64,000 nucleotides of DNA from NCBI GenBank assembly GCA_013239625.1, contig MU053629.1, positions 3,809,567 to 3,873,566 of the forward strand, in the 5' to 3' direction. Shown here piece after piece: positions 14,201-27,200 of the stretch (the first letter of the stretch is position 1; each line of letters opens with the position of its first letter). A model generated the notes under the pieces. It ran no database searches, was not told the origin of the DNA, and worked only from the letters and a program-made list of their open reading frames with translations. Origin of the DNA: Lama guanicoe (lineage: Eukaryota). The translations under genes and the position numbers were made by a program.

Positions 14201-17200
14201 GCGAGCTGAAAGCAGGCGCTGTTTTGCTCGGTCTGAATCCCCGGCACCAGCACAATTCCTGACTTTGAGACAATGGGCTGGGAGTTTGCTGAATGAATGC
14301 ACCAGTGAGTGAGCGAATGAGTCAATAACTGGATAAATCTCTATGGCCCTTCTTCCCCAGCCCCTAAGAGTCAGTGGACTGGAAAGCCTCCTCCGATGTC
14401 TGTCTCAGCATCTTGGTGTAATCGGCCTACAGTTGTTATTTGATGTGGCTTAGCTGGGAGGGCTGGGTGCACCCGTTTATTTGGCTTGGCTGGCCTGCCA
14501 CGGTGCACAATGCTGCCTTAGTCTAAAAAAGCTCACGACGGCCTTGGGAAAGTGGGATGGGAAAGGCCTGCCATGGTCTAGAGATTCTCACTGCACTCAG
14601 CTGCCCGGGTCACCAACAGCCTGGGCCAGCCTCCTGGCCATCTCCAGGGGCCAGGACACAGAGATGGTCCAGCTGGTGTTGGAGGCCACCAGACCTGGCC
14701 TGCAGACAGATATGACTCTAAGAGCAACTGCTCCAGCCCTGAGGTGAGAATCCAGACAGAGAAACTGAGGCCTGGAGGCAAGAAGGCCCCTGCGCCAGAA
14801 CCCAACATCCATATACTGGAATCCAACAGTTGCATACTAGAATCCTAGAAGCCGAGTGGCACAGGAACTCGAAGGTTTCTTGGCCCAGTTCTGTGAATTC
14901 TTTTTCTCAACAGTTCGTCCTAAAAAATGCGGGTGGTGTCTGGAAGGCCACACACCCAGAGAGGATCACCATAGCTGCCTTTTGTCTTGTGATTGTTACA
15001 TGTCAAGCATGAGGCTAAGTGCTCAGCTTCTAGAACAGAGTGCATTTTATAAGTGAGGAAACTATCGCTCAGAGAAGTTAAGCAACCTGCTGAAAGTCAC
15101 ACAGCTGCCAAGAGTGAACTCAGATCGAAGCAGACACCTGTGCTTGCATCCCTGGCTGCTTGACAGTACTGCCTCTTGGTTGCTCAAGGTGGACTTGGGG
15201 CTGAATTACATTGCTTGATTTTTGTTTATTTGTATTGTCTAATTTGTCTTCAGTGACTATGGAAGATTTGTATAATAAAATCAGCTGAACAAAAACACCG
15301 GATGTGTATGTGTGTGTGCTAGCGATTTTAAATGAATCACAGGGACATTTTCTGCAGCTCTGGGTGTCTCTAGGCATCTCTGTCCACCCTCCTCCAGGCC
15401 AGCCGTATCATTCTTTAAGCAGCAGACCCCTATCCCAAAGTTATTAAAGAGAGGCCCTTCAGTCTTCCTTCCCTGCAACCTAACCAAATATAAAGTCACT
15501 GGTGCCTTTTGAAGACACAGCTCCACTGAATTCTGAAAGTTTCCAGGCCTAGGTAACGCTGGCTGGGGATCCTGAGGTCTGGCCTGCTCTGCAGCCATGA
15601 GCAAGCCCTTGCCCTACTCTGGGCCTCAGCTTCTCCATCTGTCAAAGAGAAGTTGTACCAGGTGAGCTCTGAGGGCCCTTTGTGCCCTCACGGTACTGTT
15701 TGAAGAGTGTTCTCTCAACCCCAGAGCTGAGGCAGAGATGAAGGCCCCTTGGGTTATCCCAGTCTCTATAACAGAAGGAATTTCAAATAACGTTATCCAC
15801 CAAGCTATCTGCAGAGCAAAGCTGGCCACCCGCTCCGGTAATGGCCCGCCAGGCAATCCCTCCAACGTGTGTTTGTGAATGCAGGGTTCACCAGGGCCCT
15901 GCTTTGTGTACATAGAGGGTTGAAACATAAATATTCTCCTACAATACAGCCCTAGACGGCTCACCAGCTTATCAGGTTTGGATGCTACATGTTGGAGGTT
16001 GATCCCTAAGAGTGATCTAGCAAGAAGTGTCTGTTCAACGTGTCTGTCCCTTCTCGGAGGGTATGCAGTTGATCAGGGAAGACAGGAGGACAATGCTTAT
16101 CCGAAAGGAGTGGAGATCTCAGGGGATTTTCAGGTTGAGAGACGGACAGTGTTGGAGGTCTTCCTGAGGCCTCCCACAGCACCTCCGTGTAAGCCAGTCC
16201 AGTGGGCATGAAGGGCTCCGGGCCAGTGGGGATGTCCCCAGCTTTAAACAGGCTCCCACTGCAATCAGCCTGCTGGTCTAGCCTAGGGCTGTGCTGGTAA
16301 CCCTCCATCTGTCTCTGATGTCACATCTTTCTGTGGCTATGACTTGTCCTCTTCCTCATGGTAGTCTTGACCATATAGGAAGGGCAAAGTTCTGTCTTTC
16401 CCGCCCATCACCAACACCACATTGGTGAAATACAGGGAACAGAGCCAGGAATCAGGGGAGGCCTCCCGGAGGAGGCGTATCTGCGTAGAGTTTGCAGATC
16501 ACCAGGCAGAAGAAAGAGCCTGTGCAAGTGTGTCTAGAGAATGGCAGGGTGAGAGGTGGGGAGAGCTGGTGGGAGACGAGACTGTCAATCCTGGAATTCT
16601 GAGGCCATGGAAGTTGTGCCAGGAAACCTGGGCTGACGGAGAACCAGAGAACCAGCATGGAGAGGAGACAACAGGTCAGATCTGTGTTTCAGAAAAGCTG
16701 TTGCTCTGGGGAGAAAGAAGAGTGGGTGAGTTTGAGACAGGAGGGGTGCTGGGGGGGAGGTGTCGGGTGTGTGTGCAGTTTGGCCACATGCAGGTCACCT
16801 ATGAACCTGTCAGAGCAGTTCAGTGGAGGGATGAGGCAGAGGCCAGATGGACCAACTGAGAAAACTCCTGGCATCTCTTGTGTGGTCACCTGCCGCTGCC
16901 TCCTGTCTGGTCCCCCCACTCCATCCTCGGCCCTCCAAACCAGTCACCATACAGTGGCTGGAGGGCTCTTAAAAACAGCCCCAGCTCATAGCACTCCCAG
17001 GTTTCTAATGTTCTCTGCCACCCCACCTGCATCCTTACCATGGACCACCAGTCTCTGGTGACTTTTGGCCTCATCCCCCTCCTCATTCATATTTGGGGCT
17101 CCTGCTCTGGAAAAGGGGCCTGTTTCAAGCTTCTCTGACTATTGAGGACCCCCACCCTGGCTTTAGCACCTCCATACGGGAGACCCCCATGATCCACACC

Positions 17201-18129
17201 CTCACCCTCTTCTCCTGGGTCTGCCCAGCCATCGGACCTCTGGACAAACTATCTCCTAAAGGAAGTACCCCTGAACTCCTCACCCACCCCCAAATAGAGC
17301 AATTCTCTTATTCTATTCACACTGTATCCTGCTGCAGAATACTCCTCAAAGCTGTAAATAAGTTGTTAATTATGCTCTTTCTCTGTCTTTCTCTTTAGAA
17401 CGCGAAGGACTGTGATGGCAGAGGCCAGTTCTGCTGTGTCCTCCATAAATTGCAACATCAGGGTCGGAGCCTGGCACAGAGTAAGGGCCTAGTCAATTTG
17501 AATGAATGTGTATTAATGAATGAACACCCGATACAAAGGGATTAAAGGAAAACATGGATACAACAGGATTAAAGAAAGTATATGGAGCAAGGACAAGCTA
17601 TAGACTGAGAAGTTGTCAAAGGATGGCGTGTGATGCTTAGAGGGGACAGAGGCCTTACTCAAGCCATGCCAGTCTCTCCATTTCAAAGGATTATAATGAT
17701 AATTGTTGGGCACATGAGTGGTCAGTCAATGCTGGTAACTGCACCTTTGCCCACCTCTGGAGTCTTAAAGAGCAGCCCCTGGCGGGATAGGGGCAAGGTC
17801 GCATGTAGCATCATTTCAGGATGGGGAGTCACCTAAAACGGGAAAAGCCAATTCCAGTCCTGCACCCCAATCGGACTGCTCCCTCCAGGCCAGCCCCCCT
17901 CCCCTAGCTCAGGACAGCCTGCCGGCAGTGGGGTGGGAGGGCCTGCTGGCTTCAGACTCCTCATCCAAAGTTCTTAGCTCGCCCCAGTTCCCAGGCCCCA
18001 CTGCCCCCAAGGGTGAGACCCTCGTCCCCGGCCTGTCTGAGTCGGATGCTGCAGGGTGGAACCCCCAGGCCCCCACGTCCAGGCTCCGGGAGGCGGGGGC
18101 AGGGTCCTAACAGAGTGAGACCACGGAGG

Positions 18130-18420
18130 GAGTCCCGCGCACCCCACCCGCCCCAGCTTCCAGCCCTGCCCGGGCCCCCACCCCATCCCACCCGCGCCGG
18201 ATGCTGGAGTTAGGTTCCCGAGACCCGGCGGGGCTGGGGAGGGGCCGCCCGCGGAGCCGCCGCCTTATCGCGCCCCGTCTCCTCGCTGTCTCCCGCCGCC
18301 GGCCCCGGGCTGGCCGGCCTCTCCCCCCGACCCGCTGCGGCTCCGCGCTGGCGGGCTGGTCCCTCTGGGCTCCCCGAGGGCAAAGCTGGGGTGGGGATGT
18401 CCCGCGCTGCAAAGCAGCGG
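18130..18420. promoter_or_regulatory. Orphan CpG island, candidate distal enhancer
   Basis: Local CpG-dense patch in CpG-poor flanks with GGAGCC, GCCGCC repeats, CTTATCG (GATA) and GTCT. Confidence 0.55.
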
Positions 18421-20784
18421 GCCCCCAGCCCCTTGGGCCAAGGGAGGGTATGGGAGGTGGGGCTGCTGCAGGGGCCTCCGAGGGGGCAGGGAGGCCCTGA
18501 TCACCCCTTTGGCAGCCGATGTGGGAGGAACTGGCCAACTTGGAGGCGGAAGGGCCTTTTTTGGAGATTGCCCCATCCCCATTTTATAGAAGAGATACTG
18601 GGGGCCTAGAGAGGATGAAACTGGCAAAGCCGCTCCGCCAATCCCCATCAAGATCCTCCCCATCCCGGGTCTAGAAGGGCAATCCTTTCCCAGTGCCTGG
18701 GTGCCAGGGGCAAAGAGGCAGCAGGGCCAGCTGAGCCCCAGCATGCGGCCCTCCTGTGACAGCTGGGTTCCTCCAGCAGTGGGGATGGAGTCCCCTCTCC
18801 TAGCTGGGTCTCTGTTCTCAGCTCAGCCGCCTCCTTGCTCGGTTGCTCCCTCTGCTTGGAATGCCCTCTCCATCTTTGCTTACAGGAATACTTCCTCTCT
18901 CTAAGGCGCCCCCCAAATACCACCTTTGGCCCCTAGGTGATGGGGGGACTAGAATCTTATACACAGGAAAGGACCAGAAAGCCCCTCTCCGCCCCCTCCC
19001 TGCTGCAGATGCCTGAACTAACTCAGGAGGTTGTAGGTGCAGACACTTGGGGGGAGGTGGTATAACCTGCCCTCTGGGGCTGTGAGGGAGGTCAGCCCTG
19101 CCCGGGATACCTGAAGGTAAGTCTGAGTCCAGAATTCATGCAGCCAACAGCAGACCCCCTGCCCACCGCTGTGCCAGGTGGCACCTAGGGGCATGCAGGG
19201 CTGAGGGGCAGTGGTGAAGGGCTTGCGCAGGGATGGAGCGGGACTTGTGGCGTCCTAGGGGAGGAGGGAAGCCAGGGAGCACTCAGGAGGGATGTGTGAG
19301 CCGGTCTGGGGTGGTCGAAAAGACGAAGGTCAGAGGAGAAAGGCAGAAAGCCCAGGACAGGCAAAGGCCAGGAGGCCCAGTGGTGGCAGGATGCACAGGG
19401 TCGGGGTACGTGGAGATGAAAAGGTAACCCCGGGCCAGGTTGCCCTGCCCTCCTCCCACCCTGTTTTTATGGACAAGGACACCCAGGTCCAAGAGAGGCC
19501 AGGCTTGGCCGCACTGTCCTTCTTTCTAATTTGACACCCCTGATATCCTCCTGTGTTCCCAAGCCAGGAGCTGGTTAATAACCCAGATTTTCATCCCCCT
19601 GTCCAGCATCCTACCCTCCCACTTCGTGAGTCCTGGGCAGGGCCTGGGAATCTGTATTTTGGGCAAGCATTTTGGTGGTTGTGGGTCTGCCAATTGCCCT
19701 CAGGCATTTGGGGTCCATAAATGTTTCCCTCAGGCCTTTCACTCAGCCCCTTCTCAGCTGGCTTCCTCCCTTCCTCTTCAGCTTGTCCCTCACTACCCCC
19801 AACTTGTGTGCACCCCAGGCCCTTCCTCTTCAGGCGCCCCCTCTCTCAGAAAAGTGAAAACACATGGTTTCCTAGGCAACCGCATCCCTCCTCCCAGCTT
19901 GCCCTCAGACCTCCCAGCGTCTCTCAACTGTTCAGAAGAATATTTCAAATACCAGCCTCACCAGGCAGGGCTGACAAAGCCTGAGTTCCCCTCCAAGCCT
20001 GCTCTCTGAAGGCCAGTAGCTCTGCCTTCTTCGAACCTGGAGGCCCAGGGTCTCAGGGGCAAGTTCCAGGCCATCGCCTTGGTTACCACCTAGGCCGAGC
20101 AGCTCGTTGCTGTTTGGCCTTAGAGTTCCCTTCAAATGGAGAGTCCAGAGCCGAGAGAGGGAAGGGACTCACCCAGATCACACAGCAAAACTGTGACCTG
20201 AATGAGGGACTGAAGGAAAAGGAAGTTGGTTGGGTTGATTACCTGCTAGCTGCCAGGCACAGTGCTAGATGCTCCAGAGACATTAACTTGTTGTCCCTTC
20301 CCACAACCCTGTGAGGTCAGTTTTATTCCCATTTTATAGTTGAGAAAACTGAGACTCAAACTCAGATGAATTACCTAGCTCTAGGTCACCCAGCAAAGGA
20401 ATGGCAGAGCCAAGTTTCAGGAAGCCTGATCTGTCTCCCCTAGTAAGGCTGGGCAGGGGTTGAGTTAATTATGGGGCGGTGTGGATTCCTTCCTGATTAT
20501 TTTTTTACATTTTCTCATTAGAAGATTTGGCTGAAGCTCTCTGGGGGCTCGTCTCCAGGTGAATTTTTCTCTCTTGCTTTCCCTCAGCCTTGGAGCCCCT
20601 AGTCGATATTTCTCATCCCAAGACATCTTTCACTGGGTGGATAAGAGAGGGGGGCGCCCTTTGTGCGATTCATGCTGTCTCTCCAGGCCTCAGTTTCCCC
20701 ACCGGTCATGTGAGGGGAGGTTGGAAATGAAAGCTTTGAAGTTCCGTTCTAGCTCAGATGTCCTTGGATGCTGACATCAAGTAC

Positions 20785-21145
20785 ATGTGCGTGATTGTGT
20801 GTGCGACTGTAGGCAACTAGGGGTGTGCATGACTCTGTGAGTGACTGCTTGTGGTTAGGTGTGTGATTGTGTTGGAGATGGTGAGTATGTGGCGATGACT
20901 GCACGTGTGAGAGGAGGGATATGTGTGGGTGACTGTAGATGCATGAGTGTAGTGTGTGTGTCTTTGTGAATGTGTTTATGTGTGCTTGGGGGTGAGTGGA
21001 TGTGTGTAGTTGTGTGTGTGCATGTATGTGGGTTGTGATATGTGTGTCTCAGTGCCATTTGGACTGTCTGTGAGTACGTGTGTATGTGGACGTGTGTGTG
21101 GGGGTGTTTTGGAGTGACTGTGTGTATGTGTGTCATCGTGTGTGT
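20785..21145. repeat. Degenerate TG-rich low-complexity tract
   Basis: About 360 bp of interrupted TGTG/GTGACTG units. Confidence 0.8.
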
Positions 21146-21254
21146 TGGGGTGCCATGAAGCCTCTTCTAAGCCTGGTTGATCAGCACCTGGGGTGGGCAC
21201 GACCCCTCCTCCGTGACCGCCCATGGGTGCGGCCCGGCCAGGCAGAGGAGGGGA

Positions 21255-21500
21255 CCCCATGGGCGCCCATGATGCCAGCAGGGCAGCGGAGCGTATCCGT
21301 CTTGTAATCAGCTCCAGACGCGGCTGCGTAGCCTCCCTGTGATGGGAGGGCGCTGGAAACCCGTTCTGGCCCCAGCAGGTCTCTTTAGGGGAAAAAATTA
21401 AAGGAGGAGGAAAAAAAAATCCCTGAAAGGCAGATCTTTATTGAAGCATTTCGTGACACGCACACCAACTAATTGATTTCCTTATTAGTAGCAGATTTTT
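21255..21500. promoter_or_regulatory. Candidate BMP-responsive element
   Basis: 14-bp palindrome CATGGGCGCCCATG 21258-21271; GGAGCG-N5-GTCT 21288-21302; downstream TAAT/AT-rich motifs. Confidence 0.45.
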
Positions 21501-23887
21501 CTCCCAGCCTCTTCCCCTGCCTGAACTTATAAAAATGAAGGGTGGAGAGCCAGCTCTGTGCAGACCCAGGGCCAAGCTCTCCCTGCGTCCTCCCCTGGCC
21601 TGGAGGCAGCAAGGGCTTGACGTTTGTTTGCTTTTCCAGGTGGAACTACAGGTAGAGGGGGCGTGGTCACCTGTGGGGTTGAGTTTCAAAAGCCTGGGAA
21701 AGCCGGCTCGCCATCCCTCCATTTCCTTCCCGACCTGGTTGACCTGAAATCCCACCATTATGAATCATTCCATCTGCCTTTGGCTTACCTTCAGGTCAAA
21801 ATGCAAATGTGCGGGCAGGATCCCTGAGCACCCTTAGTCATCAGCCTGTAGTTCATGCTTGGAACCTCAGTTTTCTCATCTGTACAATGGGAGGCTCCTG
21901 CGATTGATGTTACAGGGTGCTTGTGAGGGTTAATTAGGAATAGGTGTGTGACTCTCAAAGCCCTCTGTAAATGTCAGTTGCTCCTATATAATGACAGTAA
22001 CCCTTTCATGTGTCAATGGCCCAATTCAAGGCCTGGGAGTTCACAAGCAGGGCAGGGGGTGGGTCTTGCATTTGGCAGAGGGAGGAGGGGTGGAGCAGCA
22101 GTCAAGTTCGGGTGAGGTCTCTCGGGAGACCTCCAACCAGGAAGCCAAAGCTACCCCTGTGTCTGGGCCTGTGTCTGGTCCTGTGACAGGCGGTCACTTA
22201 AGATTCACCTAAGGGTTAGCGAAAAGAGAAGGACAGACACTTTGCCCAAATGATTCCAACCAACATTTTAGGCAGCCACTGTTAACCCCAGTTGCCAGAG
22301 GAGGAAACTGAGGCACAAGGTGGTTTACAAGCGCCAAAGAGCCCATAAGCATGAGAGGGGCGGTGGGGATGTAGACTCAGCCCTGACTGGTTCAGAACTG
22401 ATTTAATGCATTTTATTCATTTAACATAAAAATGCAGCCCTTTTCCTAGAGATAAAGATGGGAAAGAGAGCCTGAGGCCCTCTCCTCTGAGGATCTCAAG
22501 GGACGGACAGATAAGGGAATAGGTGTTGGGAGTCATGACATGACAAGTGCTGTGACAGGGGTCAAACAGCCACTGGAAAGGGCCCCCAGTGCTGGCTGGT
22601 GGGGTCAGGGAGGGCTTCCTGGAAGGGGTGGCACCTGAGTAGGCAGAGGGGGCTGAACCTGCAGGGCTGACCTTCAGTGGGCATGCGTGGGCACAGCCAT
22701 TCCACCGACCGTGGTTAAAACCTTGATGCGCTTATATACATGTTGCAAATAACTTATACTGACCGATGCTCCCCTTCCCTCTCCAGTGCTCAGGTTGCCT
22801 GGCTCCTCCCTCAGGCCCTGGACCTCCCTAGATCCAGAAACCTTAACGACATGTCCAGGACCCTGCTAGAACGGTGGGTGACATTGTGACAATAAAGGCA
22901 CAGAGGGAGGGCCCGAGGCCAGGCTGGTGTCCCTTGTTCTGATCTTGTTACCGCCCTCAGAGGTGGGGCGGGAGGGAGGGGAGGCAGTGGCTGGAAGCTG
23001 GAGGCCAGGCTGGGCAGAGCCGCCTGCCGCTGGACACGTCCTCTCACATTCCACATGGACTTCCTGGGAATGACCAGGGGCCTCTAAGCGGTTCCTGTTC
23101 CCAGCGGCTCACAGTCGCCAGGCCCAGGGAGACAAAGTGTCCCTGAATGTGGTGGGGCAAGGAACAATATGGGGGGGGCGGAGGAGAGTCACAGGAAGCA
23201 TGGGAGGGGACAGCCGGGGAGCTGGCCACGGGGCTGGGGGTGACTCAGGGACTTGTGATTTGATAAGGTAAGATGACTCTAAAGGGAAACAGCAGAGTCC
23301 AGGAGGCTGCCGATACAGCTGAAAGGTCAAGATTTCTGGTACTATTCAGGCATCAGTTCTTGAGTCCTCATGTGTCTTCACACGCAAAGGACCCTGAATA
23401 CCATCCACCCAGACGTGTCATAGTCATCGACCCTGAGAGGTAGATGTCCCAACTTCACTGAAAAAGAAACTGAGGGTCAGAGAGGTGAGATGACGTGCCC
23501 ACAGTCACACAGGAATGACACTGGAGCCAGGACGTGCAGCAGACATCTCTGACCTCAGAGCTTGTATGCCAAGCCAGGCTTCACGGGAGCACTGCCCCCC
23601 ACCCCCCGACTACCCCTAGGAGCCAGGCGCGCCCGCCCGTATTCCAGCCCAGGGCCTCTTCCTGGTTCTCCTCCTCGCTCACAAAGCCAGTATCCGCATC
23701 ACACCCCTTGAAAAGGTCCCCCAACAAATAGGGCCTCTTTGGCCTTAGAGCTTAGGACAATGTTAGAAACTGGGGAAAAGAACACATCTTGGCTCCTAGA
23801 TGCAACAAAAACACTGCAAATGAAATGAATCATCACAGGAAAAATCATAATCGGTACAAGATCCATAGGTTTCATATGCCTTATATG

Positions 23888-23890
<3 letters not shown>

Positions 23891-23930
<40 letters not shown>

Positions 23931-23932
23931 TG
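23891..23932. repeat. (TG)16 TA (TG)4 microsatellite
   Basis: Read directly. Confidence 0.95.
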
Positions 23933-24524
23933 TTCAGGGGGCATCTCAAAAATAAGAGTGCTTGGGGATGAGAAAAGACTTCACCACTGGTCCTCCAGCC
24001 CCTGAGTGAGCCTCCCCCCCACCCCGGGGGCGTGCTGTGGCTGGGGGCGCTGTCAGCTCTCATCCTTGGAGCGGTTGTCACTTCACCATTCTCAGCCTCC
24101 GTCCCCACTCCCCACCCCACCCCGTTTTCTTTATCAGTAAAATGGGACCTCCATCACTAGCTCACACTGGGGTGATGGGAGGGTTAAAGAAGATAAAGTG
24201 TGCAGGGGGCCCTCCTATTGTTCTTCCCTCCTCAGGCTGCCCTGCCCAATTTCAGGAAGTCTTTTTTGGCCGGGGAGTTCTTAGGAAGAAAGAATGTTGG
24301 AGGGAGAAGGCACTGGAGATAAGGCAGAGCCAGTCTCTCACGTGGGAGGCTGACCGCAGGGTCTTCAGCTCTGTTCTTGCCCTTGCTCCGCGCTTACACC
24401 CCGCCCTTCCAGCCTCAGGCTTTGATTAGGTTACAATGCGCAGCCCTCCTCCTCGTCCCCGTCCCTGCAAGGGTGCTGGAAGCAGAGTCCAGGGCAGAGT
24501 TATCTCTTTGTTTCTTTCTTTCGT

Positions 24525-25215
24525 GGTTTAAAAACAGCTCTGTTGAGATGCGGTCGACATACAAGAAATTGAACGTCCTTACAGTGTACAACGTGATAGG
24601 GTTTGACATATGTTTACACTCATGAAACCATCACCATAATCAAGAAAATGAACACGTCCATCAGGGCCAAAACTCTCCTCTTGCCACTTTGTAATCCTTT
24701 CCTCTCTCCCTCTCTCTCCACCCCTCACCTGAGTCCCCCAGAAACCACCGATCTGCATTAGGTCCTTATACATTAGTTCACATTTTCAAGAATTGCATGT
24801 AAACAGAGTCAGACAGTACGCATTCTTGTGTGTAAAGCCTTCTTTCACTCAGCACGGTTATTTTGAGACTCATTTATATTATGCACGTATCAATCGGTCA
24901 TTCCTTTTTTTGTTGACTATCCCACTGAATGGATGTCCCCGAATTTGTTTATCCATCTTCTGATGGGCATTTGGGATGTTTCCAGGTTTTTTTACTCTTA
25001 AAAATAAAGCTGTTATGAACATTCGTGTACAAGTCTTTGTAGGAACATAAACTTTCACTGGTAAATACCCAGGGAATGGAAGATTCTGTCATATAGTAGA
25101 TGTATGTTTAACTTTTTAAAAGAACTGTTGAACTGTTTCCCAGTGAGGTTGTACTGTTCTCATTCCAGCCAGCAGTGTGAGAAAATAAGAACTATTGTTC
25201 CATATCCTTGTCACA
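24525..25215 (-). mobile_element. Ancient L1M (L1MB/ME-like) 3' fragment
   Basis: Typical antisense L1 3' UTR text, e.g. CATGAAACCATCACCATAATCAAG, CTTCTTTCACTCAGCA, GATGGGCATTTGGG. Confidence 0.82.
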
Positions 25216-26017
25216 CTTGGAGGGTGGCAATGTGTGTGTGCGCGCGTGTACATACGTGTGCAAAAGTGTTTTGTTGGTGCACGGAGCACCTTGCTTCTCT
25301 GAAATGCCTCTCACGATTGTGGGGGCAGAAAAGTGAATGCCAAGTTCGGCAGACTTGACCCATGGCAACGCCCTATCCTTACCGAGTTTCTTAGGTCTAT
25401 CTTTTTCTTAAAAATTCAAATAGCTTTTGCTTAATTTTCTTGATTTAATTTGGTTTAACGATGTTACTTAATATTTGTGCTATTTAAATAAAGATGATGT
25501 GTTTCAGGTAACTTATGCTCAACAAAGAGTGACAGTGGGGGAGAAGGGTCATATTTATTTGATTTCCAGGCCCATGGCCACCAGGATGAGGCGAATACCC
25601 CACTGTGAGAAGCAAGGTTGGGTTGAATGAACACACGATTCAGAGCATGTGTGAGATGCTGGGTTGTGACCTCACTCCTCAATCTCACCTTCCTGCCCTT
25701 TAAAATGGGGATGCGAGTCTCTTCCCGCGGGCCTCCCACTGGGGATTAGTGAGCTATTGATAACAGGTGAAACCTGCTCTGAGGGGCCACTCTCTTCTGC
25801 TCAAGCAATTGGCTGCAAGTCTTCAGCTGACCCCCATGTGTTCTCTCTGTGGGTTGTGAGGGGCTTCTCTGAGGGGGGCCTGTGTACCTCCGCCACTCCC
25901 GCCTCCAGCACTAGGGATTTTGAGGGAACAGAGGCCCAGACCGTCCCACCGTGCAGGTTTTGGGGGGCTGCTTCAATGATCTTACAGATACTGAGGAATG
26001 AGGAGGTTTGAGGAACA

Positions 26018-26706
26018 ATCGGAGGCAGAATAATGCTCCCCTCCCCCACCAAGCATCCACATCCTGATTCCCAGACCCTGTGACTTTGTTAGGTTACAAG
26101 AAATGGGGCATTGAGGTTGCAGATGGAACTAAGGTTACTCTCAGGGAACCTAAAGTTGGGAAGATTATTCTCAATGATCTCGAAGGGCCAAAAGAGTCCT
26201 TACAAGGGGAGCGGTGGGGGAGGAGGGAGCAGAAGAGAGTCAGAGAAAAGAGACATGGTGAAGAAAGCAGAGTCAGAGAGGAGGGGGACTTGATCTGCTG
26301 TTGCTGGCTTTGAAGATGGAGCAAGAGGCCACTAGCCAAGGAATACAGGAGGCCTCTAGAAGCTAGGAAAGGTAGTGGGGAGGGTATAGCTCAAGTGGTA
26401 GAGCACATGCTTAGCATACACAAGGTCCTGGGTTCAATCCCCAGTGCCCCCTCTTAAAAAATTTAAAAAGGAAACCTAATTACCTCCTCCCCACAAAAAA
26501 TAAATAAATAAATAAAGAGGCAGCTAGGAAAGGTAAGGAAGTGAGTTCCTAGTGTGCCTAGAAGGGATAGAGCCTTGCTGATACTTTGATTTTAGAGGCC
26601 CATGTCAGACTTCTGGTCTACAGAACTATAACATAATCCAGTTTATGTCATTTAAAGCCACTAAGTTTGCAGCAATTCGTTACAACAGCAATAAGAAACG
26701 AATACA
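26018..26706 (+). mobile_element. ERVL-MaLR solo LTR (MLT1D-like), split by a SINE
   Basis: GGCAGAATAATG..CCACATCCT..; ends AAGCCACTAAGTTTG..GTTACAACAGCAATAAGAAACGAATACA. Confidence 0.83.
26375..26521 (+). mobile_element. tRNA-Ala-derived SINE (Vic-1-like) inserted in an MLT1 LTR
   Basis: GGGGAGGGTATAGCTCAAGTGGTAGAGC (A box), GGTTCAATCCCC (B box), AAACCTAATTACCTCC body, (TAAA)n tail. Perfect 14-bp TSD AGCTAGGAAAGGTA at 26361-26374 and 26522-26535. Confidence 0.9.
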
Positions 26707-26949
26707 TCCCAGGGGCTCTGGCCCTGCCAGCTCTCTCCCCTATACTGGACACACCAGCATGTTCAGAGCCATAGGCTCCACGTTGGGCTTCGTGTCCACC
26801 AATGCTCCGTGTGTTGACTTTGCTGTGTGCTGACCCTGAGGCCCTGCAGGCCTGTGGGTAATTGGGAAGACATGCTGGCCAGCCCATGAGGAGGCCAGAG
26901 TTCCACCCAGGGCCCCGGTGGTAAGCAGCCCCTCCAGGTGCTGCATGGG

Positions 26950-27200
26950 AATAAGAGCGTTAGCTTTGCAGTCTGGAGGGCCTGAATCCAAAGCCTGGAT
27001 TTGCCCTTTACTAAGGGGTGTGACCGTCAGCGAGACAGTGAACCTCTCGCTGCCTCAGTTTCCTTATTGGTAAAATGGGGAGAGTGGTACATACCTCATA
27101 AGATTGTTAGAAAGATTAAATGAAGTTCACACAGGTAAACCACTTAGAACAGTGCCTGATGCGTAATAAAGACTCAAAAAATGTGAGTTATTATTTGTAT
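26950..27200 (+). mobile_element. MIR SINE
   Basis: TGCCTCAGTTTCCTTATTGGTAAAATGGGG..TACCTCATAAGATTGTT..AGATTAAATGA..CACTTAGAACAGTGCCTG. Confidence 0.82.

Noticed and set aside
22114..22133. Hairpin GAGGTCTC-TCGG-GAGACCTC
   Set aside because: An 8-bp stem is expected by chance in 64 kb and has no supporting context.
26375..26450. Functional tRNA-Ala genes at the five tRNA-like sites
   Set aside because: Each has an A-rich tail, TSD and scattered substitutions, and four have a non-tRNA body; these are SINEs.
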